A stretch of DNA of 64,000 bases, taken from NCBI GenBank assembly GCA_965226385.1, contig OZ245359.1, positions 3,090,545 through 3,154,544 on the forward strand, written 5' to 3'. This DNA is from Bryobacterales bacterium (GTDB taxonomy: Bacteria > Acidobacteriota > Terriglobia > Bryobacterales > UBA6623). The notes beneath the pieces were generated by a model, which made no database searches, was not told the DNA's origin, and was given only the letters and a program-made list of their open reading frames with translations. The position numbers were made by a program, and so were the translations under genes. Shown piece after piece: positions 10,321 to 19,159 of this stretch (position 1 is the stretch's first letter; the number at the start of each line of letters is the position of its first letter).

Positions 10321-10812
10321 TTGAAGATTGATTTGAATCTGAATAAAAATTTGTCGATTCTCGATTTCAAGAAAATACCATATCAACTCGAATCGTCGTG
10401 GTACTGGAAGTCTTGGGACGTCACGACGTATGACTTGAACGAATTGCTTGTGACGAAACTTCGCGCCTTTCTGCAACGAAGGAAGATCAGGGACTTGTTT
10501 GATCTCGATGTGGGCTTGCAGCATCCTGAAGCAAAGCCTGAGCTCGTCATTGGGGTGTTCTTGGAGTATGCGAAATGGGAGACTATGAAAGCGTCGCGAG
10601 CCGTCTGCGAGCAAGATATAGCGGCTAAGTTGAGTGATCCAAGATACGGGGATGGTATTGAGGATGTCCTGCCAGCCGGCCAGCGATGGGATCGCGATCG
10701 AGCGGCCTGTGCAGTTGCCGAACAACTTATAGCCCGACTGCCCGGCAAGCCTTGGCAAGACGAGTCGGAAATCGAGTGGCTTGGCAAGTCTCCATCCGGG
10801 CCCCAACGCTAG
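10321..10812 (+). pseudogene. Nucleotidyltransferase AbiEii/AbiGii-toxin-like C-terminal fragment (5' truncated)
   Basis: YDLNELLVTKLRAFLQRRKIRDLFDL resembles the conserved AbiEii/DUF1814 block. The N-terminal NTase motifs are missing and there is no adjacent AbiEi antitoxin gene. Confidence 0.5.
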
Positions 10813-10958
10813 TTGTGGCAGTGCCTTCACCCGGCCTTAATTCTCTCCTGCAGTAGCGCATTAATTCGAACAACGGCCGGACGAATGCATGGAATAACTT
10901 GGTAAAATCCGCCGAAATTATGTGAAATACAACACCGGGACTTGCTTTCAGCGAGCCC

Positions 10959-11083
10959 GGACACCCGCTTGACCTTGACATGGCTGCTCTTCTCAGCAAT
11001 CATGAAGTGCACTCGACCTCCGGGACCACTCGACTGCCATAGCTGCCACAGCCTAAATAGTCCGAAACTTCGTAGATACTCCA
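10959..11083 (+). repeat. 125-bp repeat, copy A (inverted partner at 44179-44303)
   Basis: Hand alignment to the reverse complement of 44179-44303 gives 123/125 identical bases. The two mismatches are g/c in gacatGgctgc and t/c in cagccTaaatag. Confidence 0.9.
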
Positions 11084-11240
11084 TACCCCCTGCAACGCCT
11101 GCCAGCAATGGTATCCAACCCGATAGACCGCCAGTCATTGTATACTCCAACAGACTGGAAACGGATGCAGAAACCAATCCACCGATTGCCTTGTTCCAGC
11201 TTTTCTTGCGCATCCCATCACGCTACCACCCCATTTTACC

Positions 11241-11840
11241 TTGTGTCAAGTGCATAATTACGGTTGCAAGTCAGTCGTCCGGCGAGCTGTGGTTCTGGTC
11301 CTGGTGATGACCGGCACCTTGCTCGTCGGGCCATTCGTATCCCAAGTCGCTGCGCAGCCGCGCGACAGGCTGGAACTCCAGATCGGCGGGAGCTATATAT
11401 TTCCGGGCGGCCGAACGGAACGACTCCGCGCGGTCAACGCCGGTGGTGCGCTCTGGCTAACGGACAAGTGGGGGGTCGCGGTGCGGCATGCCATCGCCCC
11501 CGCTGCTGACCTGGATGACCTTGAACTCGACCCCTCCAGCACACTTCTGAACTTGCGTTACACCAATGTGACCGTGCGCCGTCGCTGGTTCACGGAACGC
11601 CGCGTTGAGATCGACCTCGGGTTCGGTCTGCGGGTGCATGGGACCAAGGAATACGCGTACTTTTCTACTGAGGATCCACCCCATGTGCAGAATGAATTCA
11701 GCCGCGCGCTTGTGCTCGAACTGCTCGGCGGCACCAAGGTGTCACGCCACCTCGGATTCAAGGGCGGCGTCACGGTCGATCTCGGCCAAGAGTACAACAG
11801 CAACATACAGGTGGTGGGGCTTGTGGTGATAGGGTTCTAG
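11241..11840 (+). CDS. Putative outer-membrane beta-barrel protein
   Basis: 199 aa in a high-G+C segment. It has a signal-like VVRRAVVLVLVMTGTLLVGPFVSQVAAQ, alternating beta-strand-like sequence and a C-terminal aromatic residue (VVIGF). The start codon is uncertain. Confidence 0.5.
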   Translation: MCQVHNYGCKSVVRRAVVLVLVMTGTLLVGPFVSQVAAQPRDRLELQIGGSYIFPGGRTERLRAVNAGGALWLTDKWGVAVRHAIAPAADLDDLELDPSSTLLNLRYTNVTVRRRWFTERRVEIDLGFGLRVHGTKEYAYFSTEDPPHVQNEFSRALVLELLGGTKVSRHLGFKGGVTVDLGQEYNSNIQVVGLVVIGF

Positions 11841-12382
11841 TTGCATGCGTAGCCGATGAGGCCGCTGACCGTCGAGATCGTCATCCCACAATCGGAGTCG
11901 GCGAGCGTCTCGAGAACGACGGTGGACCTGGCTCATGGGCGCTTAGGTCCCATGAGCCAGCATACCCAATGTACGTACATTGGGCTGGCGAGGGGCTCCA
12001 CCACCTCGACCCCTGAACAGAGATACGGCAGCGCTGCGCTGGTTCGGATCCCGCGGTCGATGCGGCCGGCGTCGGGTCGCGTGCGGGCCGGACATAACGG
12101 TCCGGCGGTTCGCGAGCACGAAGCCGCTGGAGAGCGATGCCACCCCGCCGTCCAACTCGTCAAGCCGCGCGGAGCGCGGCTCCTTCGCTTGCGCTACGGC
12201 CCTGCGGGGTTTGGCGGCGGCGGTGGTTACAGTTTCCATTCCAGTATCATATACGGGAATGGAGCGCATTTCCCGGGGTCAGCCCAACCTCACGCGGATT
12301 CGGTGAACGGATATAAACCACTATTAAACAGTTACTTGCAGACTATACTGCACGACTCTGGACACCCATGGCCGATCATTGG

Positions 12383-14713
12383 CTATTCCGGCAGGGCGAA
12401 GGCGATGATATTGAAGCCCGCCGCGACCGCCACATACTGCCTTCCTCCAGCCAAGTAGGTCATTGGCGACGCTCTCCAGCGGTCATTGGTGTAGAAGTGC
12501 CAGAGCAGTTCGCCGCTGCTGGCGTCGGCAGCAGTGAAGGTTCCGTTGCCGTCTCCGTAGAAGACGATGCCCCCGTCGGTGGAGAGCACTCCGGTCCAGG
12601 GGCGGCGAGGAGACCCGTGAGGGCGGTCCCAGACGATCTCGCCCGTTTCCAGCTGGATCGCTCGCACGGAACTCACTACGAGCTCGCTCGGAACGGCTCG
12701 CGCTGCGCCACCGAAGAACCCCTTGCCGCGTTGCCACCTCTCATCCCGCTTCGTGAAGATGTTGCACTGCTCAACCGTCTGCACGTAGACAAGTCCCGTA
12801 CCCGGGCTATAGGAAGGCGACATCCAGTTCGTCGCCCCCGCCAGCGAGGGGCAGACTTCGTTTCCGCCGTATGTCGGCTCCTTGCCCGGCAGTTTCTGCG
12901 GGCGGCCGTCGGGTCCGATCCCGGTTGCCCAGGTCATCTTCTCGACGAAGGGCTTGGCCAGCAGTACCTCTCCGTTGGTTCGGTCGAGCACATAGAAAAA
13001 GCCGTTGCGATTGGCGTGGACCAGCAGCTTGCGCGGACTTCCCTGGAACTCGGCGTCGACCAGCATGGGCGTTTGGTTGGCGTCCCAGTCGTAAAGGTCG
13101 TGCGGCGTGTATTGATAGTGCCAGCGCAGCTTGCCCGTGCTGGGCTCGATCGCGAGAATCGAGTCGCTGTAAAGGTTGTCGCCCTGGCGTTCGTCGCCGT
13201 TCATGTCGGGGCAAGGGTTGCCGGTCGGCCAGTAAAGCAGATCGAGCTCCGGATCGTAGGTTCCGGTCAGCCAAGTGCCGGCGCACCCGTGCGGCAGGAC
13301 GCTTCCCACCCAGGTATCCGACAATGGCTCACCGGGCAGCGGCACGGTCCAAAAGCGCCAGGCTTCTTCGCCGGTGGCGGCTTTGTAGGCCGCGAGGAAG
13401 CCGCGAATGCCTTCGTCGCCGCCGCTCACTCCAGCAATGACCAGGTCGTTGACCACCAGCGGCGCGAGCGTGCCACCGTAGTTGTCGCGGTGGTCAGCCA
13501 TTTCGGTTTCCCACAACAGGTGGCCTGTGAGACGGTCGATCGCGATGAGATTAGCGTTGTCGGTGACGATGAATACCCGGTCGCCCAGGATTGCTGCACC
13601 GCGGTTCGTGCCCGAACCGGCGTCGCCCATCACGCCTTCGGTGCGCGGCCGGCTGTAGCTCCACATCTCGCGGCCCACTCGCGCGTCCAGGGCGCGCACC
13701 TCGTTGGGCGCGGTGACGTACATGATGCCGTCGACAACGATGGGCGTGGTCTCGAGCCCGCGCGTCGAGCGCATCGGGAAGATCCATGCGGGGGCTAGTT
13801 TCCCCACATTCTGGGTCTTGATCTCGTCGAGCGAGCTGTGGCGGTTGCCATGGAGCCGGCCGTTATAGGTCGGCCAGTCGCCCGCGCTAGGACTCCGGAT
13901 GCTCGCGAACTGCACGGTCCCGGGAAGCTCTTTCTGCGCGCGGATGTAGCGCGCTTGCAGAGCGTTGCCGGGCCGGCCGTCAAGGCGACTGAGGTACGCG
14001 ATCAAATCATCGAACCCGGCACCGTTGAATCGCGGCATCGAGGACCCGGGCGCGGGAGCCAGTTCGGTGATCTGGTCTCGGGAGAGCAGCCGCCAGCTTC
14101 CATCGACCGCTTGAAGCTGCATGTCGTGGGCGCTTTGATTTCGCACGAAGCCGTGGATCTGCTCGCCGTCCCTGAGCTTCACCTCGACTTGCTGGTAAGC
14201 CTGGGCGATTTCCGCATTGGGTTCCCTGAGGTCGCTTTCAAGCTCGCCCAACGTGCGGCTCGCCCCCACCGACGAGAGATCGGGCCCGACCAGACCGCTT
14301 CCGCCACGGACGTGGCAGGCGTGGCAATTGGCGTTTCCGAAGAAGAGCTCCTCGCCTGCCGCGGGGTCGCCTTGAGGTGCGGTCTCGCTAGCGGGCGCGG
14401 TTTGCGCGCGATAGAAAGTCACTAGCGCGGTCGTTTCGCCTTCCGGAAGGGAGAAACCGGGCATGCCGACGTCAGGCAAGCCATCACGGATTAGCTCGCG
14501 GACCTCTTCGGCGCTACGGTTTCGGGCTGAGCGCGTGGTGATTATGTCCGGACCACGCTCGCCCCCGCGGCCATCGCCTCCGTGGCAGCCCCCGCAGCGC
14601 AGTTCGAAATGCTTGCGTCCTTCGGCTATGAGCTGGATGGTGTGCTGCGGCGCGCTTTGAGCCGCGGCGGCGGGTAGGAACAATAGCAGCGGAAGCAATT
14701 GAAGAGGTTTCAT
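12383..14713 (-). CDS. PQQ-dependent (quinoprotein) dehydrogenase with two N-terminal cytochrome c domains
   Basis: 776 aa with a signal peptide. Heme motifs CGGCH and CHACH come first, followed by DWPTYNG...TPIVVDGIMYV and repeated W-containing beta-propeller blades typical of the methanol/ethanol PQQ dehydrogenase family. Confidence 0.9.
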   Translation of the reverse strand: MKPLQLLPLLLFLPAAAAQSAPQHTIQLIAEGRKHFELRCGGCHGGDGRGGERGPDIITTRSARNRSAEEVRELIRDGLPDVGMPGFSLPEGETTALVTFYRAQTAPASETAPQGDPAAGEELFFGNANCHACHVRGGSGLVGPDLSSVGASRTLGELESDLREPNAEIAQAYQQVEVKLRDGEQIHGFVRNQSAHDMQLQAVDGSWRLLSRDQITELAPAPGSSMPRFNGAGFDDLIAYLSRLDGRPGNALQARYIRAQKELPGTVQFASIRSPSAGDWPTYNGRLHGNRHSSLDEIKTQNVGKLAPAWIFPMRSTRGLETTPIVVDGIMYVTAPNEVRALDARVGREMWSYSRPRTEGVMGDAGSGTNRGAAILGDRVFIVTDNANLIAIDRLTGHLLWETEMADHRDNYGGTLAPLVVNDLVIAGVSGGDEGIRGFLAAYKAATGEEAWRFWTVPLPGEPLSDTWVGSVLPHGCAGTWLTGTYDPELDLLYWPTGNPCPDMNGDERQGDNLYSDSILAIEPSTGKLRWHYQYTPHDLYDWDANQTPMLVDAEFQGSPRKLLVHANRNGFFYVLDRTNGEVLLAKPFVEKMTWATGIGPDGRPQKLPGKEPTYGGNEVCPSLAGATNWMSPSYSPGTGLVYVQTVEQCNIFTKRDERWQRGKGFFGGAARAVPSELVVSSVRAIQLETGEIVWDRPHGSPRRPWTGVLSTDGGIVFYGDGNGTFTAADASSGELLWHFYTNDRWRASPMTYLAGGRQYVAVAAGFNIIAFALPE

Positions 14714-14772
14714 GGTCGTAGGGCGGGACGCCGCTGAGCGTGGTCGAACCTATACCAAGCTCCTGAGCCGCA

Positions 14773-15018
14773 GGTCTCCTGAATGTCGGCGATCTGCCGC
14801 CGTGTCAGGCGCTTGCCGAAGAATGTCGTGGATTTAAGGTTCTCGATCAGCGGGTCCATCGGGTAGCTCCCAGTACTCCATACCTAGGGTGGCAAATTGG
14901 GGCACAAAAGTTAAGCGCTTCGGGAGAAAAAATTGAGGGAGGCATATCCTTTTGAAAATCAACAACCTATCGGTCCACCGACGGGCTATCTACCGGATTA
15001 TCTATGCGAATGCCATTG
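14773..15018 (-). mobile_element. Solo 246-bp remnant of the IS4-like element (transposon right end plus first ~30 codons of its DUF4338 ORF)
   Basis: Direct repeat of 39854-40099 with 8 mismatches by hand alignment. It ends in the same terminal sequence cgaatgccattg. Confidence 0.85.
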
Positions 15019-15409
15019 ACCTTGGGGGAGGCCGCGACATCAGCGGTGAAGGTCGCGACCAGTGCGCCCACTGGCGTTTCGATCCGCGCTTCTCTACCGT
15101 CGACGGTATCGGCCCGCATTTCGGCCAGGACCTTCTGCACGACCTGGTGCGATGAGCCGCACCAGAAATTGGCTTGGATGAATGGGTATTTTTTTGTGAA
15201 GCCTTCGATCAGCGATCGCAGCAGCTGGTTGACGGCCATGGAGGAATAGACCGTTAATTTACTTCCTTCCTGGCGTTGACGACAAGCTTTACCTGCTGAT
15301 CGGAGCCCGAATAGGTCAGGATATCCTGGCTATTGGCGGCACCCATAAGGGTCATCGCCAGTGTATCGGCGATTAGTCGGGGTACAAGCCATTTCATGTG
15401 TGTTTTCAT
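15019..15409 (-). pseudogene. ABC-transporter periplasmic substrate-binding protein remnant (Fe3+/solute-binding type)
   Basis: The ATG at 15409 gives a signal peptide, MKTHMKWLVPRLIADTLAMTLMGAANSQ. A frameshift near 15260 is followed by KLTVYSSMAVNQLLRSLIEGFTKKYPFIQANFWCGSS. The sequence is cut off at 15019 by the IS remnant. Confidence 0.5.
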
Positions 15410-15782
15410 CGAAAGGTCTACTCTGCATCCGTACTCAGGTTAATCTGAATGTCACCTTCAGGTGAAAGTGAACTACTTGGACCAAGTAGCGTGGACTGGT
15501 TAAATGGTGCCTGAGGGTGTGGATGTCTTTCAAGTGTTGGACAGGAGACAGTGGATATTATCATCTCGTCTTGGGTTCGTTTTGGAGCGTGATCAATTGT
15601 TCGCCTTGGGTAAGCGTTCGGACGGGCCGTGGAACGAGTATAGGGCCGGTCAACGGTTACATATTGTCAAACTGTGGAATTTCCTGTAATTCATTCATAA
15701 ATCTATATATTTCATAAGTATCCGACGTCCCACCGGCCTTCACTTGTGAATTCCCTGCGCTAAAGGCTTGTAGCCTGTCATA

Positions 15783-16748
15783 GTGTCACTTTCCAGTCTT
15801 ATCCTTGAGCAGATCCGGTCACAAGGATCAATTCCGTTCGGCCAGTTCATGGAACTGGCTCTCTATCACCCGGAACATGGTTACTACTCTGGCCAGCGGG
15901 ATCCTTTCGGTGTCGGAGGAGACTACTACACAAATGACCAGCTTCAGCCTGTTTTTGGCAGGCTGATCGCGCTGCAGTTGAAGTCCTGGAGACAGCAGAT
16001 GGGGGATCCTGACAATTTCAAGGTTCTTGAGTTGGGATCGGGTCGAGCTGAAACGTCAGTTGAGGCACTATACACAATGCCTGATGTGGAGTGGATTACG
16101 GTTGATCACAAAGATCCGTGGCCTGAGCAGCCAGTGACAGGAGTTGTCTTCTGTAATGAGTTTTTTGATGCACTGCCAGTGGATCTTCTGGAGAAGACAA
16201 AAGAGGGCTGGCTGGAATGGCGGGTCACATACAAGCAAGATCGATTTGATTGGCAAACCGGAAGCGACATCCAGCAGCGCTCTGGACTACCGCACTGTGC
16301 GCAAGGTTGCCGAATCGAGTCCTGCGAACGTGCTGTTGCTGCCCTGAACCGTGTCAGCAGTTGTTTAGACAAGGGCTGGATCCTGGCCATCGACTATGGG
16401 TACACGCACGATGAGGTTGAGCGAGCCGGACGCTTTCCGGAAGGTTCCCTGATGGGTTACCACAATCATCAGGCTGACCCGGACGTACTTCTTGAGCCAG
16501 GCCAGCGTGATATTACTGCGCATGTCAACTTCAGTACCTTGATCAGTTGTGCAGAAACCGCAGGACTTGAAGTGTTTCCGCTTGAGTCACAGCAGGCGTT
16601 CCTGATGAGTATCGGGGAGCCGGATCAATTTACCTATGCACTGGCGGCTGAAACCCGGGAACAATCAGATGCATTGAGGATGCAATTGAAAACCCTGCTT
16701 TTTGGGCTTGGTGAGACCTTCCGTGTTCTCGTGATGCGCAAGCTTTGA
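15783..16748 (+). CDS. SAM-dependent methyltransferase, MidA/NDUFAF7 (DUF185) family
   Basis: 321 aa. IPFGQFMELALYHPEHGYYS and VLELGSGRAE (motif I) match MidA-like proteins. Confidence 0.75.
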   Translation: MSLSSLILEQIRSQGSIPFGQFMELALYHPEHGYYSGQRDPFGVGGDYYTNDQLQPVFGRLIALQLKSWRQQMGDPDNFKVLELGSGRAETSVEALYTMPDVEWITVDHKDPWPEQPVTGVVFCNEFFDALPVDLLEKTKEGWLEWRVTYKQDRFDWQTGSDIQQRSGLPHCAQGCRIESCERAVAALNRVSSCLDKGWILAIDYGYTHDEVERAGRFPEGSLMGYHNHQADPDVLLEPGQRDITAHVNFSTLISCAETAGLEVFPLESQQAFLMSIGEPDQFTYALAAETREQSDALRMQLKTLLFGLGETFRVLVMRKL

Positions 16749-16769
16749 AGGTATAATTGCAACAACATT

Positions 16770-17552
16770 ATGGCCTCGCAGCCATTACCTTTTGAAGCCC
16801 TGCAAGACAGGAGTTTTTCGTTCTACCCTGCGGTAAGGGGTGTGGAACACAATGAGTGGACCCTCAAGGAAGTCACCTGGTCTGAGGTCCTGGTGCTTAA
16901 TTGCCAGACGCTGCAGGAACTGTGGATCCCACGGAGTCATCTCGGGGAAGTCAGCAGTTCAGACTCACCAATCCTGATCCTGGGACTTCAGAGAGAATTG
17001 GAACTGAAGGCGGGTGGAGTTTATCCGTATCACAAGGTTGTTACGGAGTTGCCGTCTACAAGGTCAGGTCGTGAACAAGCGGATTCAGATAAAATCCCGA
17101 TGCCCACGCAGAAGAGAATCCGTGATTCGGATGCGCGTATCATCCGGATGCTTCCTGTTGCCATAGGTATCGGTCTCCTTTTGTCACTGACTGTTTTTCT
17201 CGGATTGTCCGGCAACCTACGCAACCCTCTTAAATGGCTGTTTGAGGTGAACACAACGACATCGGACCAGAGTTATCTTGCACTGATTGAAAGCGACAAC
17301 TACCACGCAGTTATTAGCAAACTCTCTGCACCGGATTCGGAGCAGTGGATCAGTCACGAGGAGGATGAACTGCAGTTTCAGGCACTGCACTATGCCTCGC
17401 GGGGTTACATCGTTGTCATGATGGGTGGTGCACGCGCCGAGATGCGCTACCTGGGGACGGTCCATGATCCATCAAGACAGGTCCTGGATTCGGCAAAACT
17501 CTCCCGAGGAGGAAACACCTCCTCCATGATGCACAATCTTCCTGAATTCTGA
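16770..17552 (+). CDS. Hypothetical single-pass membrane protein
   Basis: 260 aa with one central hydrophobic helix (MLPVAIGIGLLLSLTVFLGL). I recognise no motif. It follows the MidA-like gene closely. Confidence 0.45.
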   Translation: MASQPLPFEALQDRSFSFYPAVRGVEHNEWTLKEVTWSEVLVLNCQTLQELWIPRSHLGEVSSSDSPILILGLQRELELKAGGVYPYHKVVTELPSTRSGREQADSDKIPMPTQKRIRDSDARIIRMLPVAIGIGLLLSLTVFLGLSGNLRNPLKWLFEVNTTTSDQSYLALIESDNYHAVISKLSAPDSEQWISHEEDELQFQALHYASRGYIVVMMGGARAEMRYLGTVHDPSRQVLDSAKLSRGGNTSSMMHNLPEF

Positions 17553-17567
17553 ATTGTGTGCAGAAGT

Positions 17568-18878
17568 TCAGGTTTTTCTTGACTGCTGTTGCAATAAATC
17601 CAGAACGTTCAGTAGCCGTTCCACTTCATGCTCGGTGTTGTAGTGAACAAGACCGATGCGGACAAGTCCGCCATCTTCTTCGACACCCAGTGCTTCTGTG
17701 ACATTGATGGCGTAAAAGTTGCCGTCCCAGACGTAGAAACCCCTGTCGCCTAGCCATTTGGCAGTCTGCCCAGGTGTCTTGCCTTGCAGTCGACAGGCCA
17801 CAGTTGGAGTTCGCTGCTCGAACTGGCTCTCATTCCTGATTCCGTAAAAGCTCAACCCCTTGATCTGCAGCATTCCTCCAATCAAGCTTTGGGCGAGCTT
17901 GCGTTCATGAGTTTGAATGGCCTGCATGGCAGTAACCAGATTGTAACGGCGACTATTGTTTTTTGATGACTCGCAGCAGCGACTTCCCAGTTCTGCGAGG
18001 TAATCAATAGAAGCAGTCACACCGGCCATGCATTCATGATTCTGCGTGCCTGTTTCAAAACACCACGGAATCTCGTTGTTGACCGGGCGCAACTTGTAGG
18101 CTTCCAGCGCAGAAAGAATTTCTGCCTTGCCGAAAAGAAGGCCTTGGTGTGGTCCAAAAAACTTGTATGCCGAGCAAGCCAGAAAATCGCAGTCAATCTC
18201 ACGTACATCAATCAGCCCGTGTGGTGCAAAGTGCACGGCGTCGATGAACACATATGCCCCAACCTGGTGGGCCGCAGCAGTAAGAGCCCTGACATTGTTA
18301 ATGGTTCCAATGGCGTTGGAAGCGTATCCAAATGCCACGAGTTTTGTGTGGTTGCTTAATTTGCTATAAAAATCGTCAAGATCCAGAGTGCCGGTTTCCG
18401 TATTGAATTGAACTTCCCGAATGCGTAACCCTTGTTCACTGAGAGCCTTCCAGGGGGTGAAATTTGCATCATGATCCAGTCTGGTTACAACGATCTCGTC
18501 GCCGGGTGAGAACTGCCGGGACAGTGTGCGGCTCAGCATGTACGTCAGTGTGGTCATGTTGGGACCAAAGATCACCTCGTTTTCTGAACAACCGAGCAGG
18601 TCAGCCACTGCACTATGAGCTTTTTCAATGATCAGGTCGCTTTCGCGGCTGGTGCGAAATGCACCGTGCATGTTTGAATTGGAGTTTTTGAGGTAATCAG
18701 AGATTGCATCAATGACTCTCTGAGGAACCTGTGTTCCCCCGGGACTATCCAGGAAGACCTCCGGGTGAGGAGTGTTGCGGTTATTGAGTGCCGGAAACTG
18801 TGAGCGCACCCAGGAAGTGTCGATCACAAGTGCCTTGGGGCCGCAAGATTTGGGTTGCAGTTTGGATGCAGGGGGCAT
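17568..18878 (-). CDS. Aminotransferase class V / cysteine desulfurase-like PLP enzyme
   Basis: 436 aa. FIDAVHFAPH and CSAYKFFGPH (PLP-Lys context) are typical of cysteine desulfurase-related class V enzymes. Confidence 0.8.
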   Translation of the reverse strand: MPPASKLQPKSCGPKALVIDTSWVRSQFPALNNRNTPHPEVFLDSPGGTQVPQRVIDAISDYLKNSNSNMHGAFRTSRESDLIIEKAHSAVADLLGCSENEVIFGPNMTTLTYMLSRTLSRQFSPGDEIVVTRLDHDANFTPWKALSEQGLRIREVQFNTETGTLDLDDFYSKLSNHTKLVAFGYASNAIGTINNVRALTAAAHQVGAYVFIDAVHFAPHGLIDVREIDCDFLACSAYKFFGPHQGLLFGKAEILSALEAYKLRPVNNEIPWCFETGTQNHECMAGVTASIDYLAELGSRCCESSKNNSRRYNLVTAMQAIQTHERKLAQSLIGGMLQIKGLSFYGIRNESQFEQRTPTVACRLQGKTPGQTAKWLGDRGFYVWDGNFYAINVTEALGVEEDGGLVRIGLVHYNTEHEVERLLNVLDLLQQQSRKT

Positions 18879-19159
18879 CTTGATAGTTTAAAAAGTCTGG
18901 ATTCCATGGAAAGATGGCAAGGACATTCCTTCAACAGGAGAGCCTGGTAGAAACATGAGGTCTTCAGTTCAGCAATAGCGAATGTTCGCGTAGTAGTAGG
19001 CCTGCCTTACTCCGCGCAGTGTCCTGCTGTATCATTGCAATGGGATCAATGGCTCGACCTGTTTGGTGTTTTTGAGGTTCCCTGGGAGGATATGGATTTA
19101 TGAGAAATTCAAACAGTTTCAAGTTGCAAACAGCCAACAAGGTGGGAATCCGGAAAGAG

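Noticed and set aside
10827-11213. 128-aa minus-strand ORF as a real gene
   Set aside because: A third of it is the 125-bp repeat, whose two substitutions are both non-synonymous. The rest has no motifs. The alternative plus-strand ORF (10942..11307) is equally uninformative. It is treated as non-coding or relic sequence.
12368-13798. Long plus-strand ORF (476 aa) and several other 80-195 aa ORFs overlapping the PQQ dehydrogenase gene
   Set aside because: They are antisense or out-of-frame shadows in G+C-rich DNA. Their products are Arg/Ala/Pro/Gly-rich low-complexity strings without motifs, while the minus-strand frame gives a complete, motif-rich quinoprotein.
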